A stretch of 64,000 nt of DNA, from sequence record MH517022.1; one strand, written 5' to 3'. This document shows positions 36,525-46,644 of the stretch, piece by piece (position 1 is the stretch's first letter; each line of letters opens with the position of its first letter). The stretch comes from Acinetobacter phage SH-Ab 15599. The notes beneath the pieces are model-generated. The model ran no database searches. It saw only the letters and a list, made by a program, of their open reading frames with translations, and had not been told where the DNA came from. Both the position numbers and the translations under genes were made by a program.

Positions 36525-38665
36525 TGTCGCATATCAACTTCAAAACAATTTTTGCTAAAAACTTTCGTTCTATAGACAATGTTGGTCTTACTATTAATTA
36601 TAACAATGGTAAAAGCACTCTCGTTGCCTCTACTGATAATGGATCTGGTAAATCTACCATCTGGCGAGATGCGTTGTTTTACCTCTTGTTTGATAAGCCT
36701 TATGCGAAAGGTCAAACAAAGTCGCAACTGATTAACTCTCGTTCAGGTAATGGTTGTTTGGTACGGGGTGAATTTGAAAAGGGTGGCGTTGAATATGTTG
36801 TTGAACGAGGACAGAAGCCCTCTGTATTCAATATTACTGTTGACGGTACACCTCTCAATAAAGAAGCTGTAGACTTTCAAAAGACATTGCTTGATATCTT
36901 AGGTTCTGATGAAAAATTGTTCTCTAACAGTATCATTCTGGGCGCAGACAAGTTTGTTCCATTTACCACAATGGGCGCTGAGGAACGCCGTAAGTTTGGT
37001 GATCAGATGCTAGACCTTCTTGTTGTATCTGTAATGAGCAATGAGAACAAACAACGTTTGAAAGCAATCAATACTGAATTGGATATCAAACAGCCTGAAC
37101 TGTTGGTCATTGAAACCAAGATTACAGCTAAAAAAGAAATCATTGAAGTCAAGAAGCAGAACGGCGTTGAGAAAGAAAACAAGATACTTTCCAACATTGA
37201 ACAAATCAAAGGGCGCATTAAACAGAATCATTCAGATCGAGAATTGTTGGGAGAAGAAATTGAAGCTCTGACAAAACAAGAAACTCTTAAAAAAGATGAA
37301 CTACGTTCCGTCGAACAAACAATCTTTCAAGAGTTCTCTGGCCCGATCAATGATTTAAAATCTGAAATTGAAAAGGCTAAATCTCTTACGTCTGATCAAG
37401 ATACAAAAGAGCTACGCCGTTTACAAGATGAATTGGTGCTTCAGAATAAGGATGTAACCAGACTTCAGGTTGAATATAATGCGGTTGAATCTGATTTCAA
37501 AAACAAATATGCTGAACAAGCTCAATATGTAAAAATCGTTGAAGGTCTGAAAGAAAAGTTAGAAAATTTGAAAGCGCCAGACCGGAATTCACCTTGTTCT
37601 CATTGCGGTGGTGTAGTTGGAGATGATTACTTCGCTAAACATCAAGCTGAGTATGAAGCAAGTAAGGCTAAACTGGTGGCAGGTATTGCTCAAGGCGAAG
37701 AAATGCTTGAGACCTATGCTTCATTGGATCACGCTTATGCCCAATTTGATGAACATGGATCTACTGAGTTGGAAGCTGCTAAAGAGCAAGTTGAGAAGAC
37801 CAAGCTTGCAATTTCAGAAGTTGAAAAACGTTTATACGCATTTGAATCAGAGAAGCGCGGCGCTATTGATAAGGCTGAAGCTAATTTGAAACAAAAACAA
37901 TCTGATCTGAAAACTGAATTGGCCAATCGTTCATCTGGTATCAAGTCTGAATTGGCTACCATTGAAGCTAATATTCGTTCAAAGAATGATCAATCAACTC
38001 AACTCTTATCAACCTTATCTGGTCATGAACGCGATATTGCTTTTGAAGAGAAGACGCTTGCTGACCTGAAAGCTAATTCAGACTTTGCTACTGACGAATC
38101 TGATCTTCTGTTACTTGAAAGTGATAAGGCTCAACTTGATACTGAAATTACTGATCTGTTCAAGAAGAAAGAAATTCAAGAGCTTATGGTCAAGTGTTTG
38201 AAAGACGATGGTATCAAAGCTAAAATGGTGGACAACTACGTTCCATATTTGAATGATCGCATTAACTTCTATCTTGAAAAAATGTCCTTCTATGTTCGTA
38301 TTGAAATGAACAATGAATATGAATTGGAGATGTTTGCTCCTGATCGTAAAGGTCAAACCATTTCTTGTTTATCAGCTGGTCAACAGAAGCGTATTGACTT
38401 AGCGGTATTGATGGCTTGGAGAGATTTAGCGCGTCAGGCCTCTACTAACAGTTGTAACATTCTAATCATGGATGAAGTGTTAGAGGCTATGTCTCAAAAC
38501 GGTATCATTGACTTCATGGAAATGTGGCGTGGAATTGACGAATCTAAGTTCACCAACTTGGTTGTAATTACTCAACGTAAAGACGAGTTCAGTTCATTGT
38601 TTGATGAATGCAAATTCTACAAATTGGTTGATAATACTACTGTGGAGATTAGTGAAAATGAATAA
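36524..38665 (+). CDS. 46: recombination endonuclease subunit gp46 (Rad50/SbcC-like ATPase)
   Basis: NGSGKST is Walker A, CSHCGG is the zinc hook, LSAGQQKRIDLAV is the signature motif and ILIMDE is Walker B. Long coiled coils are present. Confidence 0.85.
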   Translation: MSHINFKTIFAKNFRSIDNVGLTINYNNGKSTLVASTDNGSGKSTIWRDALFYLLFDKPYAKGQTKSQLINSRSGNGCLVRGEFEKGGVEYVVERGQKPSVFNITVDGTPLNKEAVDFQKTLLDILGSDEKLFSNSIILGADKFVPFTTMGAEERRKFGDQMLDLLVVSVMSNENKQRLKAINTELDIKQPELLVIETKITAKKEIIEVKKQNGVEKENKILSNIEQIKGRIKQNHSDRELLGEEIEALTKQETLKKDELRSVEQTIFQEFSGPINDLKSEIEKAKSLTSDQDTKELRRLQDELVLQNKDVTRLQVEYNAVESDFKNKYAEQAQYVKIVEGLKEKLENLKAPDRNSPCSHCGGVVGDDYFAKHQAEYEASKAKLVAGIAQGEEMLETYASLDHAYAQFDEHGSTELEAAKEQVEKTKLAISEVEKRLYAFESEKRGAIDKAEANLKQKQSDLKTELANRSSGIKSELATIEANIRSKNDQSTQLLSTLSGHERDIAFEEKTLADLKANSDFATDESDLLLLESDKAQLDTEITDLFKKKEIQELMVKCLKDDGIKAKMVDNYVPYLNDRINFYLEKMSFYVRIEMNNEYELEMFAPDRKGQTISCLSAGQQKRIDLAVLMAWRDLARQASTNSCNILIMDEVLEAMSQNGIIDFMEMWRGIDESKFTNLVVITQRKDEFSSLFDECKFYKLVDNTTVEISENE

Positions 38666-39086
38666 GATTTATGACGTTTCTGAAAATTTATCAGTCGACC
38701 TTTCTAAAGTGGCTAAAATCTCTCATTATATTGATAATAGTGAGAAAAATACTGGAAAATTGTATATCCAAATGGATTGTGCAGCGGAACATGCATATTA
38801 CAAAGTGCCGAGAGAACAGTTTACAGAATTGTTAAAGGCTTGGAAACAATATCACTCTGCACAAAATGTAGGTGCTACAATACAAGCTACTCCAATTGAT
38901 TATACTGGAAAGACTGTTAGAATCCTAGGACATTTATATACAGCGGATACTTGTGGTCGAGCTTCTACATATAGCAAAGGATCCACGTTTCGCGTGAAAC
39001 AACAAGACGGTCTCCTGTTGAATGATGGAGATAATAATTGGGTTCACGCCTTCGATGTGGAAATTTTAGGAGGTTTAAACAAATGA
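38658..39086 (+). CDS. hypothetical protein, tandem paralog 1 (142 aa)
   Basis: The start overlaps the gp46 stop (ATGAATAA). It is paralogous to the next ORF, with shared IY(D/E)V...SVDLSK...LL.AWKQ motifs. Confidence 0.5.
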   Translation: MNKIYDVSENLSVDLSKVAKISHYIDNSEKNTGKLYIQMDCAAEHAYYKVPREQFTELLKAWKQYHSAQNVGATIQATPIDYTGKTVRILGHLYTADTCGRASTYSKGSTFRVKQQDGLLLNDGDNNWVHAFDVEILGGLNK

Positions 39087-39475
39087 GCAATATTTATGAA
39101 GTTGAAGATCGCATATCTGTAGATTTATCTAAATTGGTAAGACTGTCTCACAGAGAGGGGTCTGGGCTTCTCGTCCAAATGGAAGGAACAAACCGAGAAA
39201 TATATGAACGAGTACCCAAATCTGCCTATAAAGAATTATTAGCAGCTTGGAAACAATGGCAAGAATTGAATTCTCCAAACAAAGGAATAAACCTCGGTAA
39301 TTTGGTCGGTAGAGTTGTCAAAGTTATTGGGTATGACCATACCCAAAGGAATTGCGGAAGACCATCTTCTTACAGTAGAAATGCTACATTCGTAGTTAAA
39401 AATCAAGACGGTTGTATCCTTGATGACGGTGATCGCAATTTCGTTCATATGTTTGACGTTGAAGTTATGCGTTAA
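39083..39475 (+). CDS. hypothetical protein, tandem paralog 2 (130 aa)
   Basis: TAGGAGG lies 8 nt upstream of the ATG. Confidence 0.5.
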   Translation: MSNIYEVEDRISVDLSKLVRLSHREGSGLLVQMEGTNREIYERVPKSAYKELLAAWKQWQELNSPNKGINLGNLVGRVVKVIGYDHTQRNCGRPSSYSRNATFVVKNQDGCILDDGDRNFVHMFDVEVMR

Positions 39476-39541
39476 TTGATTTAATTCTGTTAAACTATCC
39501 CTGAGGTATAATAACTTCAGGGATTTTTATTTGAGATAGAA

Positions 39542-40606
39542 ATGATTTATGAACTTATAGGGTATGTCAATCAAGTAGGCATGCGTCTGGAAGGTTTTAA
39601 ACAGGTTCGAGACAATGTTTGGAATGCTCGTTGTCCAGTCTGCGGTGACTCTGAAAAACGTAAGGGAAAGAGACGTTTTTACATTCATCTCGATAAGCAA
39701 AAGACAAGTCTGATTGCTAGTTGTCGTAACTGTTCATATGCTAACTCTTTCTTATATTTCATGAAAGATTTTCACAATGATCTATATTTGGAAGCGACAT
39801 TTGAGTTATTCAAAAACAAAGCAGAAAACAAGCCCGTAAGATTTACAAAAACAGAAGTCCCAGAAATAGATGAACCTGAAGTCATAAATGTAATTGATCA
39901 TACTCAACTTTATGAGACATTGGACTGCGTTCCGGAAAACAACCCAGTAAGACGATATGTCAAATCTCGTTACATTTATGATCATTGTCTTTCGAGATTA
40001 GGTTGGTGTGAAAATTTTAGAACCTTCTCTCAACAATTTGATCAATATGAAGATTCTTCAGATATGCCGGAAGATGTCAGATTGTTAATACCATTCTTTA
40101 ATCAGAAGGGTGAGATCACTCATATTCAGGCTCGCGCTATTGATCCAAATGCGTATATCCGTTATATCACATTGAAAATAGATGAAAGAGCGCCTAAATG
40201 GTTTGGGGTAGAACAACTGAAATCGGATTTCCCAACATATGTTATTGAAGGGCCGATTGACAGCTTATTCATTCCAAATTGCGTGGCTACAGCTGATGCA
40301 AATCTGTTATCATATCCAGATGGCGATATTTATATCCCTGACAACCAATACCGCAATAAAGAGATTGTTAACATCGTAAACCGCGTTATTGAATCTGGGA
40401 AATCGGTCGTATTGTTTCCAAACGACTTCAAATATAAAGATATCAATGATGCCATCATAAGTGGTTTACCAATTGTTGAACTTTACAGAATCATTAAACG
40501 TAATACATTCAGTGGTATGCAAGCCAAGCTTGAATGGTCAACTCGACACAAAGTAGGAGTAAGAAATGGCAACTTTAAAAGATCAACCAACAATCGCAGA
40601 TTTTGA
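39542..40606 (+). CDS. 61: DNA primase gp61 (zinc ribbon plus Toprim)
   Basis: ARCPVCGDSEKRKGKRRFYIH...SCRNC is a CxxC...CxxC primase zinc ribbon. A C-terminal catalytic domain is present. Confidence 0.7.
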   Translation: MIYELIGYVNQVGMRLEGFKQVRDNVWNARCPVCGDSEKRKGKRRFYIHLDKQKTSLIASCRNCSYANSFLYFMKDFHNDLYLEATFELFKNKAENKPVRFTKTEVPEIDEPEVINVIDHTQLYETLDCVPENNPVRRYVKSRYIYDHCLSRLGWCENFRTFSQQFDQYEDSSDMPEDVRLLIPFFNQKGEITHIQARAIDPNAYIRYITLKIDERAPKWFGVEQLKSDFPTYVIEGPIDSLFIPNCVATADANLLSYPDGDIYIPDNQYRNKEIVNIVNRVIESGKSVVLFPNDFKYKDINDAIISGLPIVELYRIIKRNTFSGMQAKLEWSTRHKVGVRNGNFKRSTNNRRF

Positions 40607-41072
40607 ACTGGTAGTGGATCTAGCTGGACGTTATTTGAATATCATTAGTCGTAATCCACATAAAGATTATAGAACGCATAATCCTTACCAATATTTGGAC
40701 GATATGAGCAACTCCATTTCAGCTTGTCAACATTTCTTTCAAGCTATTGTAAGGGAAGATTTAACAAAGCATTCGGATATGTTGAATGAACATATGCCTA
40801 CAAATGTTCCAGTTGAAGATTTACTCTGTGAATACGCTAAGGTTGTACATGAAGTTAAAGGGTTTGATGATAGAAAATCTTTGAACGAATGGTTAAAGAC
40901 TCTTGATAATTCTCTTCATCGGGTTATTAGAATCACACCTATGGCCCCTTATAATAATAGAAGTGGTTTTGAAGTTCATTTTGTTACATTAGAACGTACA
41001 GATGAATTTAAGGTGGACGCAGTTATAACTGATCTGTTGCAGAAAACGGATAAATCCATTAAAAAACTTTAA
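40566..41072 (+). CDS. hypothetical protein (168 aa)
   Basis: An ORF with GGAG upstream. It overlaps the primase 3' end in another frame. Confidence 0.45.
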   Translation: MATLKDQPTIADFELVVDLAGRYLNIISRNPHKDYRTHNPYQYLDDMSNSISACQHFFQAIVREDLTKHSDMLNEHMPTNVPVEDLLCEYAKVVHEVKGFDDRKSLNEWLKTLDNSLHRVIRITPMAPYNNRSGFEVHFVTLERTDEFKVDAVITDLLQKTDKSIKKL

Positions 41073-41090
41073 TAAATTCATATAGTTAAG

Positions 41091-41528
41091 GTGTGGAAAA
41101 TACCAATTCCACACTACCGTGCGATAAAGGAGAAATGTATGTCTATTCATATGGGCGTAGTAACTGGCGAGATCACAGATACTGTAAGAATGATTATGGA
41201 GAGATTCGATACAGGACATTTCAGAGTAATGCATTGCCCTGAAGCTATCTTTAAAAGAGATGTTGTTTGCGAATCTATCGTATTTGATACAGAGTACGCC
41301 GCTTTCAGTATTGCAACCGTGAAGGGAAATTTACATCCAGATGATCTAGAAGAAGTATTTGAGTACCAATTCTTCATGTTGTTCTGTGCGGAAGGACAAA
41401 TGACTGTAAATGGATATTTGATTGAGCCTGAACAAATGTGTTTAGTTGAAGATCCATATATTGAAGTTGAATCAAATACATTATGGGGTATAGCTCCAAT
41501 TGGTTCTGCACTAAAACTGAGGATATAA
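41091..41528 (+). CDS. hypothetical protein (145 aa)
   Basis: ORF. Confidence 0.4.
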   Translation: MWKIPIPHYRAIKEKCMSIHMGVVTGEITDTVRMIMERFDTGHFRVMHCPEAIFKRDVVCESIVFDTEYAAFSIATVKGNLHPDDLEEVFEYQFFMLFCAEGQMTVNGYLIEPEQMCLVEDPYIEVESNTLWGIAPIGSALKLRI

Positions 41529-41529
41529 C

Positions 41530-41904
41530 ATGAAGATCGCTATCAAAGAATCTACATTAAATGAAATACGCCAGCAACATGTTAAACACATTAATCATGT
41601 ATTCAAAACAAGCAAATATACATTAGTTTGTGCAGAACGGTTTTCAAATAAGGAAGTGGTTGAAAAACTTTCAGAGGCTGGATATGCTCTAGATGATTCA
41701 AGAGCAATTCACGTATCTTCTACTACAGTCACTAACATCCCAGAGCAAGGTCAATATGCTTTGTTGAGATTATTTGGTAACCCCTTTAAACTGGGCAAAG
41801 AGACTCTAGGCAACAGTTTGCACATAATTGAAAATAAAGATTGTTTATCTGTTAATACAGAGACGTCTACATATTATGTGTTATACCCAATTAAAAATAT
41901 TTGA
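41530..41904 (+). CDS. hypothetical protein (124 aa)
   Basis: ORF. Confidence 0.4.
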   Translation: MKIAIKESTLNEIRQQHVKHINHVFKTSKYTLVCAERFSNKEVVEKLSEAGYALDDSRAIHVSSTTVTNIPEQGQYALLRLFGNPFKLGKETLGNSLHIIENKDCLSVNTETSTYYVLYPIKNI

Positions 41905-41978
41905 TTTCTTAACATAATAGTATATCATATTATAATTGTTTCCATTATTCCATCATATTACCCCGAACGAGGATTGAA

Positions 41979-44576
41979 ATGCAACTCCAACAAGTAGATG
42001 AAAGCGTTGAAGTAACAGGCGGCACAGCCATTAATATGACCATGAACGCAGAGTCTGGTATTGGTTTCCATCTTAACATTTCCAAGTTGTATACCAACAA
42101 GTATGAATCTGTAATTCGTGAAATCTGTTCTAATGCTAAAGACAGTCATGTTGAAGCTGGAAAGGGTCATGTTCCATTTGAAATTTTTCTGCCGTCTGAA
42201 CTATCTCCATATTTGATCATTAAAGATCAGGGTTTAGGTCTAAACAAAGAAGACGCAATCAAATACTTGTCTCAACTATACGCTTCATCAAAACAAGGTT
42301 CAAACGCGGCTTTGGGTGCATACGGTATTGGGGCGAAGTCTCCATTTGCCATCTCAGATTCATATAACATTACAACTGTGAAGGACGGAAAGAAATGTTC
42401 ATTCCAATTTTTCCGTTCTGGACGTAGTTTACCTCAATTGATGCTTTTAGAAGAGTGTGACACAGATGAACCTAACGGGGTTACATTCCGTATTCACGTG
42501 AAAGATTTCCAGCATCAAATCTATGAACGCGCTCTCAGAACGCAGATGTTCATGTTCACGCCAAAACCTATTATTGACGGACAAGCGTGGCCATATGATG
42601 AGCCTGTTCTTGAACGCGAGAAGTTCAATATCAAATTGTATTCTCGTTGTAACATTCAGCGAGACTTCTTTGGCCCTTATGTTCTTGAAATGGGTGGTGT
42701 AACATATCCGTTTGACCCGAGTCAGGTGGATTCATCTACTCGTGAAGTATTCAATGCGATCAAAGAAACAATTGCATCTGATGAGATTCTTGTCATCTCA
42801 GTACCGATTGGGGCTGTAGAGGTTCCAGGTGACCGCGAGCGCGTGGAGTACAGCGAATTCACTATTGAAAGTTTGAAAACGGAACTTCAAACAGTTGTAC
42901 AATCTTTTACCCAAGATGAAATTGAAGAATATATGAAAAACTTCAATGAAACTGAAGGTATGTTTGATACACTCAAAGTAATGAAAGACTTCAGTAACAA
43001 GATTGGTCGTTTGTCTTCATTTATTATTGGTTCTGAAAAACTTGAAGTATCTAAAACTTGGAATTTGTGCTCAAAGCCGTATCTAGCTAAAGAAGGAATG
43101 GTACAACCATCTCATACAGTTACAGCTAACAAATTCAAAGAACGTATTGACGATTGGTATTTGCCTGGCCCCATATATGTACGCAGTATCCCTCAAAAGA
43201 AAGCCATTCTTGCTGATGATAAAGAGACAATCCTTGGTTATGAGGATGAAATCAAATCTTTCAATGTAGAAAAATACAAGATTGGAGAGTTGCTACGAGC
43301 TTCATCTGGGGCTGTAATGTCAAAGTATTATGAAGTGGTTCATATCAACCAAAACTTCTTATACAGTCATAATATTCGCACTCACGATGCAGCAATTGTA
43401 TTTGTTGACACCGAATCTAAGCCTTGTGTGAAGACAACAGACGGTTGGTGGGCTGAAAATCCTCAATATAAAACGGTTATGATTATCAAAGATAATTCTA
43501 AAACCTATGACTTTGCTGATATCAAAGACATTCTTATGACCTTGGATCCAGGCATTGAGTCTCGCTTTCATATGTTATCTGATATGACATACACCAAAGC
43601 GAAGCCTCAGTCAATTGATGGAGTACCAGTTGAGCGTCTAGTGAATGCTGTAGGGTTCCGCGTAGTCAAGGGGCATCCAGTTGTTCACTCAAGAAGTGGA
43701 TACAAAGATGTGAAAGGTATGAGCAACGTTGTTCTTGAAGAGTTGAACAAATATCTGTTTGCTGAGCAGAAGGATGCATTCGCCGCGTATGCTTTCATTG
43801 ACGTTAACACTAACAAATTGTATTACGATCCAGAACATAAATTGTTAATAGACAATTGGGAAACTCATTTCTATTTGGATCTTCAAAAGACAGGTGAATA
43901 TTCAAAACACGCAAAATTATTGTTAATGTCCCCATCTATTGCTAAGAAACATCTTGAGCATATCAAAACATTGGGAACGCCGTCTTTGTATGATATCAAG
44001 ATCGGGGCTGAACGCTTACTTGTGCACAATATTAGACAACCACATAGAATGACTCTACTTCAGAATGTACTCAAGTACAATTACATTTGTAGAAGCCGCA
44101 GTGTTGCTAAAAAGTTTGATTTCTTAGCTGAGTGTATGTCTACCATATTAGGTCTGAACGACCCTCGTGATTATTCACATAGTTGTAAACTTGAGCCATA
44201 TACTTTGTTCAAACAAATATTTGAACGAGACAGTTGGTCTAGAGGTTTGATTAGCAACGCGAATGATGAGATGCGCGAAGATTGGTTCTGGATTCATATG
44301 ATCTTTTTATACGCCGATAAAAATCGTTTCAGTTATGCTTATCGTATGATAAATCATATGTTCTCTAACATTCAACGCGATTTGTTGAAAGAAGAGAATG
44401 AAGTTGATTTTAAAAATGCTGTAGAAAGCAGTAAGAAGAATCCGAGAGGGTTATATGATTTCTTTGTTAATCAAATGATTAACAAAATGGATAAGCATGA
44501 TAGAGCTAAGATTATGAAAGATTATTCAGCTTATCACGCCGACCAAGAAATTGATGATTTTGAATATGAAAATTAA
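41979..44576 (+). CDS. rIIA: rIIA-like protein with an N-terminal GHKL (Bergerat-fold) ATPase domain
   Basis: REICSNAKDSH, IKDQGLGL and GAYGIGAKSPF align to T4 rIIA RELITNMIDAH, DFGPGM and GGFGLGSKSPF. An rIIB homolog follows it. Confidence 0.7.
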   Translation: MQLQQVDESVEVTGGTAINMTMNAESGIGFHLNISKLYTNKYESVIREICSNAKDSHVEAGKGHVPFEIFLPSELSPYLIIKDQGLGLNKEDAIKYLSQLYASSKQGSNAALGAYGIGAKSPFAISDSYNITTVKDGKKCSFQFFRSGRSLPQLMLLEECDTDEPNGVTFRIHVKDFQHQIYERALRTQMFMFTPKPIIDGQAWPYDEPVLEREKFNIKLYSRCNIQRDFFGPYVLEMGGVTYPFDPSQVDSSTREVFNAIKETIASDEILVISVPIGAVEVPGDRERVEYSEFTIESLKTELQTVVQSFTQDEIEEYMKNFNETEGMFDTLKVMKDFSNKIGRLSSFIIGSEKLEVSKTWNLCSKPYLAKEGMVQPSHTVTANKFKERIDDWYLPGPIYVRSIPQKKAILADDKETILGYEDEIKSFNVEKYKIGELLRASSGAVMSKYYEVVHINQNFLYSHNIRTHDAAIVFVDTESKPCVKTTDGWWAENPQYKTVMIIKDNSKTYDFADIKDILMTLDPGIESRFHMLSDMTYTKAKPQSIDGVPVERLVNAVGFRVVKGHPVVHSRSGYKDVKGMSNVVLEELNKYLFAEQKDAFAAYAFIDVNTNKLYYDPEHKLLIDNWETHFYLDLQKTGEYSKHAKLLLMSPSIAKKHLEHIKTLGTPSLYDIKIGAERLLVHNIRQPHRMTLLQNVLKYNYICRSRSVAKKFDFLAECMSTILGLNDPRDYSHSCKLEPYTLFKQIFERDSWSRGLISNANDEMREDWFWIHMIFLYADKNRFSYAYRMINHMFSNIQRDLLKEENEVDFKNAVESSKKNPRGLYDFFVNQMINKMDKHDRAKIMKDYSAYHADQEIDDFEYEN

Positions 44577-44622
44577 TTGATTTTAACATCGCTTTTTATT
44601 TTAAGATAATATTGTTTTAACA

Positions 44623-44648
44623 ACAAACGAGGGAACTGATTGGTTCCC
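44623..44648 (+). promoter_or_regulatory. stem-loop GAGGGAAC-N6-GTTCCCTC followed by a T-run between rIIA and rIIB; an attenuator or translational control element
   Basis: The hairpin lies immediately upstream of the rIIB SD (TAGGAGAG). Confidence 0.3.
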
Positions 44649-44669
44649 TCCATTTTTAGGAGAGCTGTA

Positions 44670-45827
44670 ATGGCTTATACCGCTGCACAGAAGAAAGACT
44701 TTGTAACCAAAGCAAATCAACTGATTGAATCTGGTTCATCACTTAATGCTGCGTCTAAGGAATTGGGCGTATCTGCTAAAGCTTTGAAAGCTTGGATTGC
44801 AACTTCTGGAGTTGATACAGACTCTGACGTTGTTACAGAAGAGGCTCCGAAGACTACCAAGTCTCGCCGTAAGACAACAGCTGCGAAAACAAAGGCGACC
44901 AAAGCAACTAAGATTGTAAAAGCTGCCACCAAACGTTCTCGAAAACCTGTTGATTCGGAAGCATCAAAGGCTCGTTCTCTATCTCGAGCCAAAAAGAAAG
45001 AAGCGTATACAAAGGCTACTGAAGAACAATCTCAAGATGTTGCTTTTGAAGTTACATTGAAGGTTATCCGTATTACAGGTAATATCGTTGTAGCAATTAA
45101 TGGACAGTCTCACGAAGTCCGTTCTACTCATGAAAAGTACGCTGAAATTGACAAACTTCTGAACCTTTACGGAGACGGCTGTACCAAAGAACAAGCAGCT
45201 GCTTTAACCACTCTTATCGTTGGAGAGAAGGTGGAACGCATTGCTAAATGGACTAAGGGCAAACTGGTTATTGATAATGGTCAGGTACTTTGGGAAGGCA
45301 AACCAATTATTGGCGGTCTCAAAACAATCTTGATTCGTCACGCAGAAAGCGGAGATGAAGCTGCTCTCAGCGCCTTCTCCAACTTCATTGCTAAAGTACG
45401 TCAGTGCGTTTCATATAAGGTCAACCAACGCTTTTTTGAATTCATTTCAAAGAACAGCTTGAAAATTGACGCGGACGGTGATATCCTAGCGTTCAAAGTG
45501 GTGCGTGAAAATTACTTTGATAAGCATACTGGTACATTCAACAACTCAATTGGTACAACAGTTGAGATGCCGCGTAATGAAGTAGATGACCAAGATAGTA
45601 ATACTTGTTCAGCAGGTCTTCATATCTGTTCAGCTGATTATATTGGTTCATTCAGCAACAATGGCGACCGCGTTGTGGTTGTTAAAGTGAACCCTATGGA
45701 CATCGTATCTATCCCGACTGACTATAGCAGCTCTAAATGCCGTACATGCCGTTACACAGTCATCAAAGATGTAACTGCTGAATGGAAAGCTGGTACAATC
45801 AAAGAATATACAGAAAATCACAAGTAA
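44670..45827 (+). CDS. rIIB: rIIB-like protein
   Basis: EMPRNEVDDQDSNTCSAGLHICSADYIGSF...VKVNPMDIVSIPTDYSSSKCRTCRYTVI aligns to the T4 rIIB C-terminal region. GGAG lies 7 nt upstream of MAYTAAQ. Confidence 0.7.
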   Translation: MAYTAAQKKDFVTKANQLIESGSSLNAASKELGVSAKALKAWIATSGVDTDSDVVTEEAPKTTKSRRKTTAAKTKATKATKIVKAATKRSRKPVDSEASKARSLSRAKKKEAYTKATEEQSQDVAFEVTLKVIRITGNIVVAINGQSHEVRSTHEKYAEIDKLLNLYGDGCTKEQAAALTTLIVGEKVERIAKWTKGKLVIDNGQVLWEGKPIIGGLKTILIRHAESGDEAALSAFSNFIAKVRQCVSYKVNQRFFEFISKNSLKIDADGDILAFKVVRENYFDKHTGTFNNSIGTTVEMPRNEVDDQDSNTCSAGLHICSADYIGSFSNNGDRVVVVKVNPMDIVSIPTDYSSSKCRTCRYTVIKDVTAEWKAGTIKEYTENHK

Positions 45828-45835
45828 CATTACGG

Positions 45836-45857
45836 GGGAGAACTCTCTCCCCCTTCT
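45836..45857 (+). terminator. hairpin GGGGGAGA-ACTC-TCTCCCCC after rIIB
   Basis: A perfect 8-bp GC-rich stem with a weak T-run. Confidence 0.4.
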
Positions 45858-45871
45858 CAAGGATAGACGAA

Positions 45872-46246
45872 ATGAGTATTCATTACATTGATCTTAAAGC
45901 TCGTATCGATAACAATTGCTATCATGCTGGAATGTTACAGAAAGAGATTTTGAACGTTATTGACCATTCGATTGTTCACATCGATTTGTCAAATATGACT
46001 GAATATCCACAATTGGACTTTTTTGAAGAGTCAATTGGCGGTCTCATCATTGAACACGGTATGCCTCTTGAGGTGTTACGCGGAAAGATACGTTTCAGAA
46101 CCAGTCAAGATCATATAGTTGTTATTGTACAATTATTGGAATCTTGCGAGAAGGAACGCGTGTCGAAGCAACGCACTAAAGAAATCGGAGCGTATATTCA
46201 AGATACAACTCGCGTAAGCAATGCCCCTATTCTGTCAGAGGGGTAA
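45872..46246 (+). CDS. hypothetical protein (124 aa)
   Basis: AAGGA upstream of ATG (MSIHYIDLK). Confidence 0.4.
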   Translation: MSIHYIDLKARIDNNCYHAGMLQKEILNVIDHSIVHIDLSNMTEYPQLDFFEESIGGLIIEHGMPLEVLRGKIRFRTSQDHIVVIVQLLESCEKERVSKQRTKEIGAYIQDTTRVSNAPILSEG

Positions 46247-46251
46247 ATGCT

Positions 46252-46644
46252 ATGAAGTTCTACGTTGGAACAACGAAAGTAGAACATGAAGAATTTGATT
46301 TTTCTCTTGCCACAGTGTTTAAGGAGAAAGATCGGGAAGGAATGTTACCATTATTTGAAGCTCTGATAGATGCTGAATATTGGACAGAAACAAGTCTGGT
46401 TGAGTTAACATCTCATATGGAATTGTACACTGGTATGACTCCATTTGATATCAAATATCTTAGTGGATTGTGCGAATATGTTGAGGAACATGATAACGGC
46501 GTGGAATATCTGTTCTTCAATATAATTGATATGCCAGTTCTAATGGTAACATTTGATAATTTTACGAGCCTGTTTATTGAATCTAAAAATGTAAACAGAT
46601 TTATAACCGCCCTTTCTGGGCAAAGAAGGAAGCGCAAACGCTGA
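46252..46644 (+). CDS. hypothetical protein (130 aa)
   Basis: ORF. Confidence 0.4.
   Translation: MKFYVGTTKVEHEEFDFSLATVFKEKDREGMLPLFEALIDAEYWTETSLVELTSHMELYTGMTPFDIKYLSGLCEYVEEHDNGVEYLFFNIIDMPVLMVTFDNFTSLFIESKNVNRFITALSGQRRKRKR

Noticed and set aside
44640-44669. The TTG-initiated N-terminal extension of rIIB (MVPSIFRRAV...)
   Set aside because: The extension lies within the intercistronic hairpin. A canonical ATG with GGAG 7 nt upstream follows at 44670.
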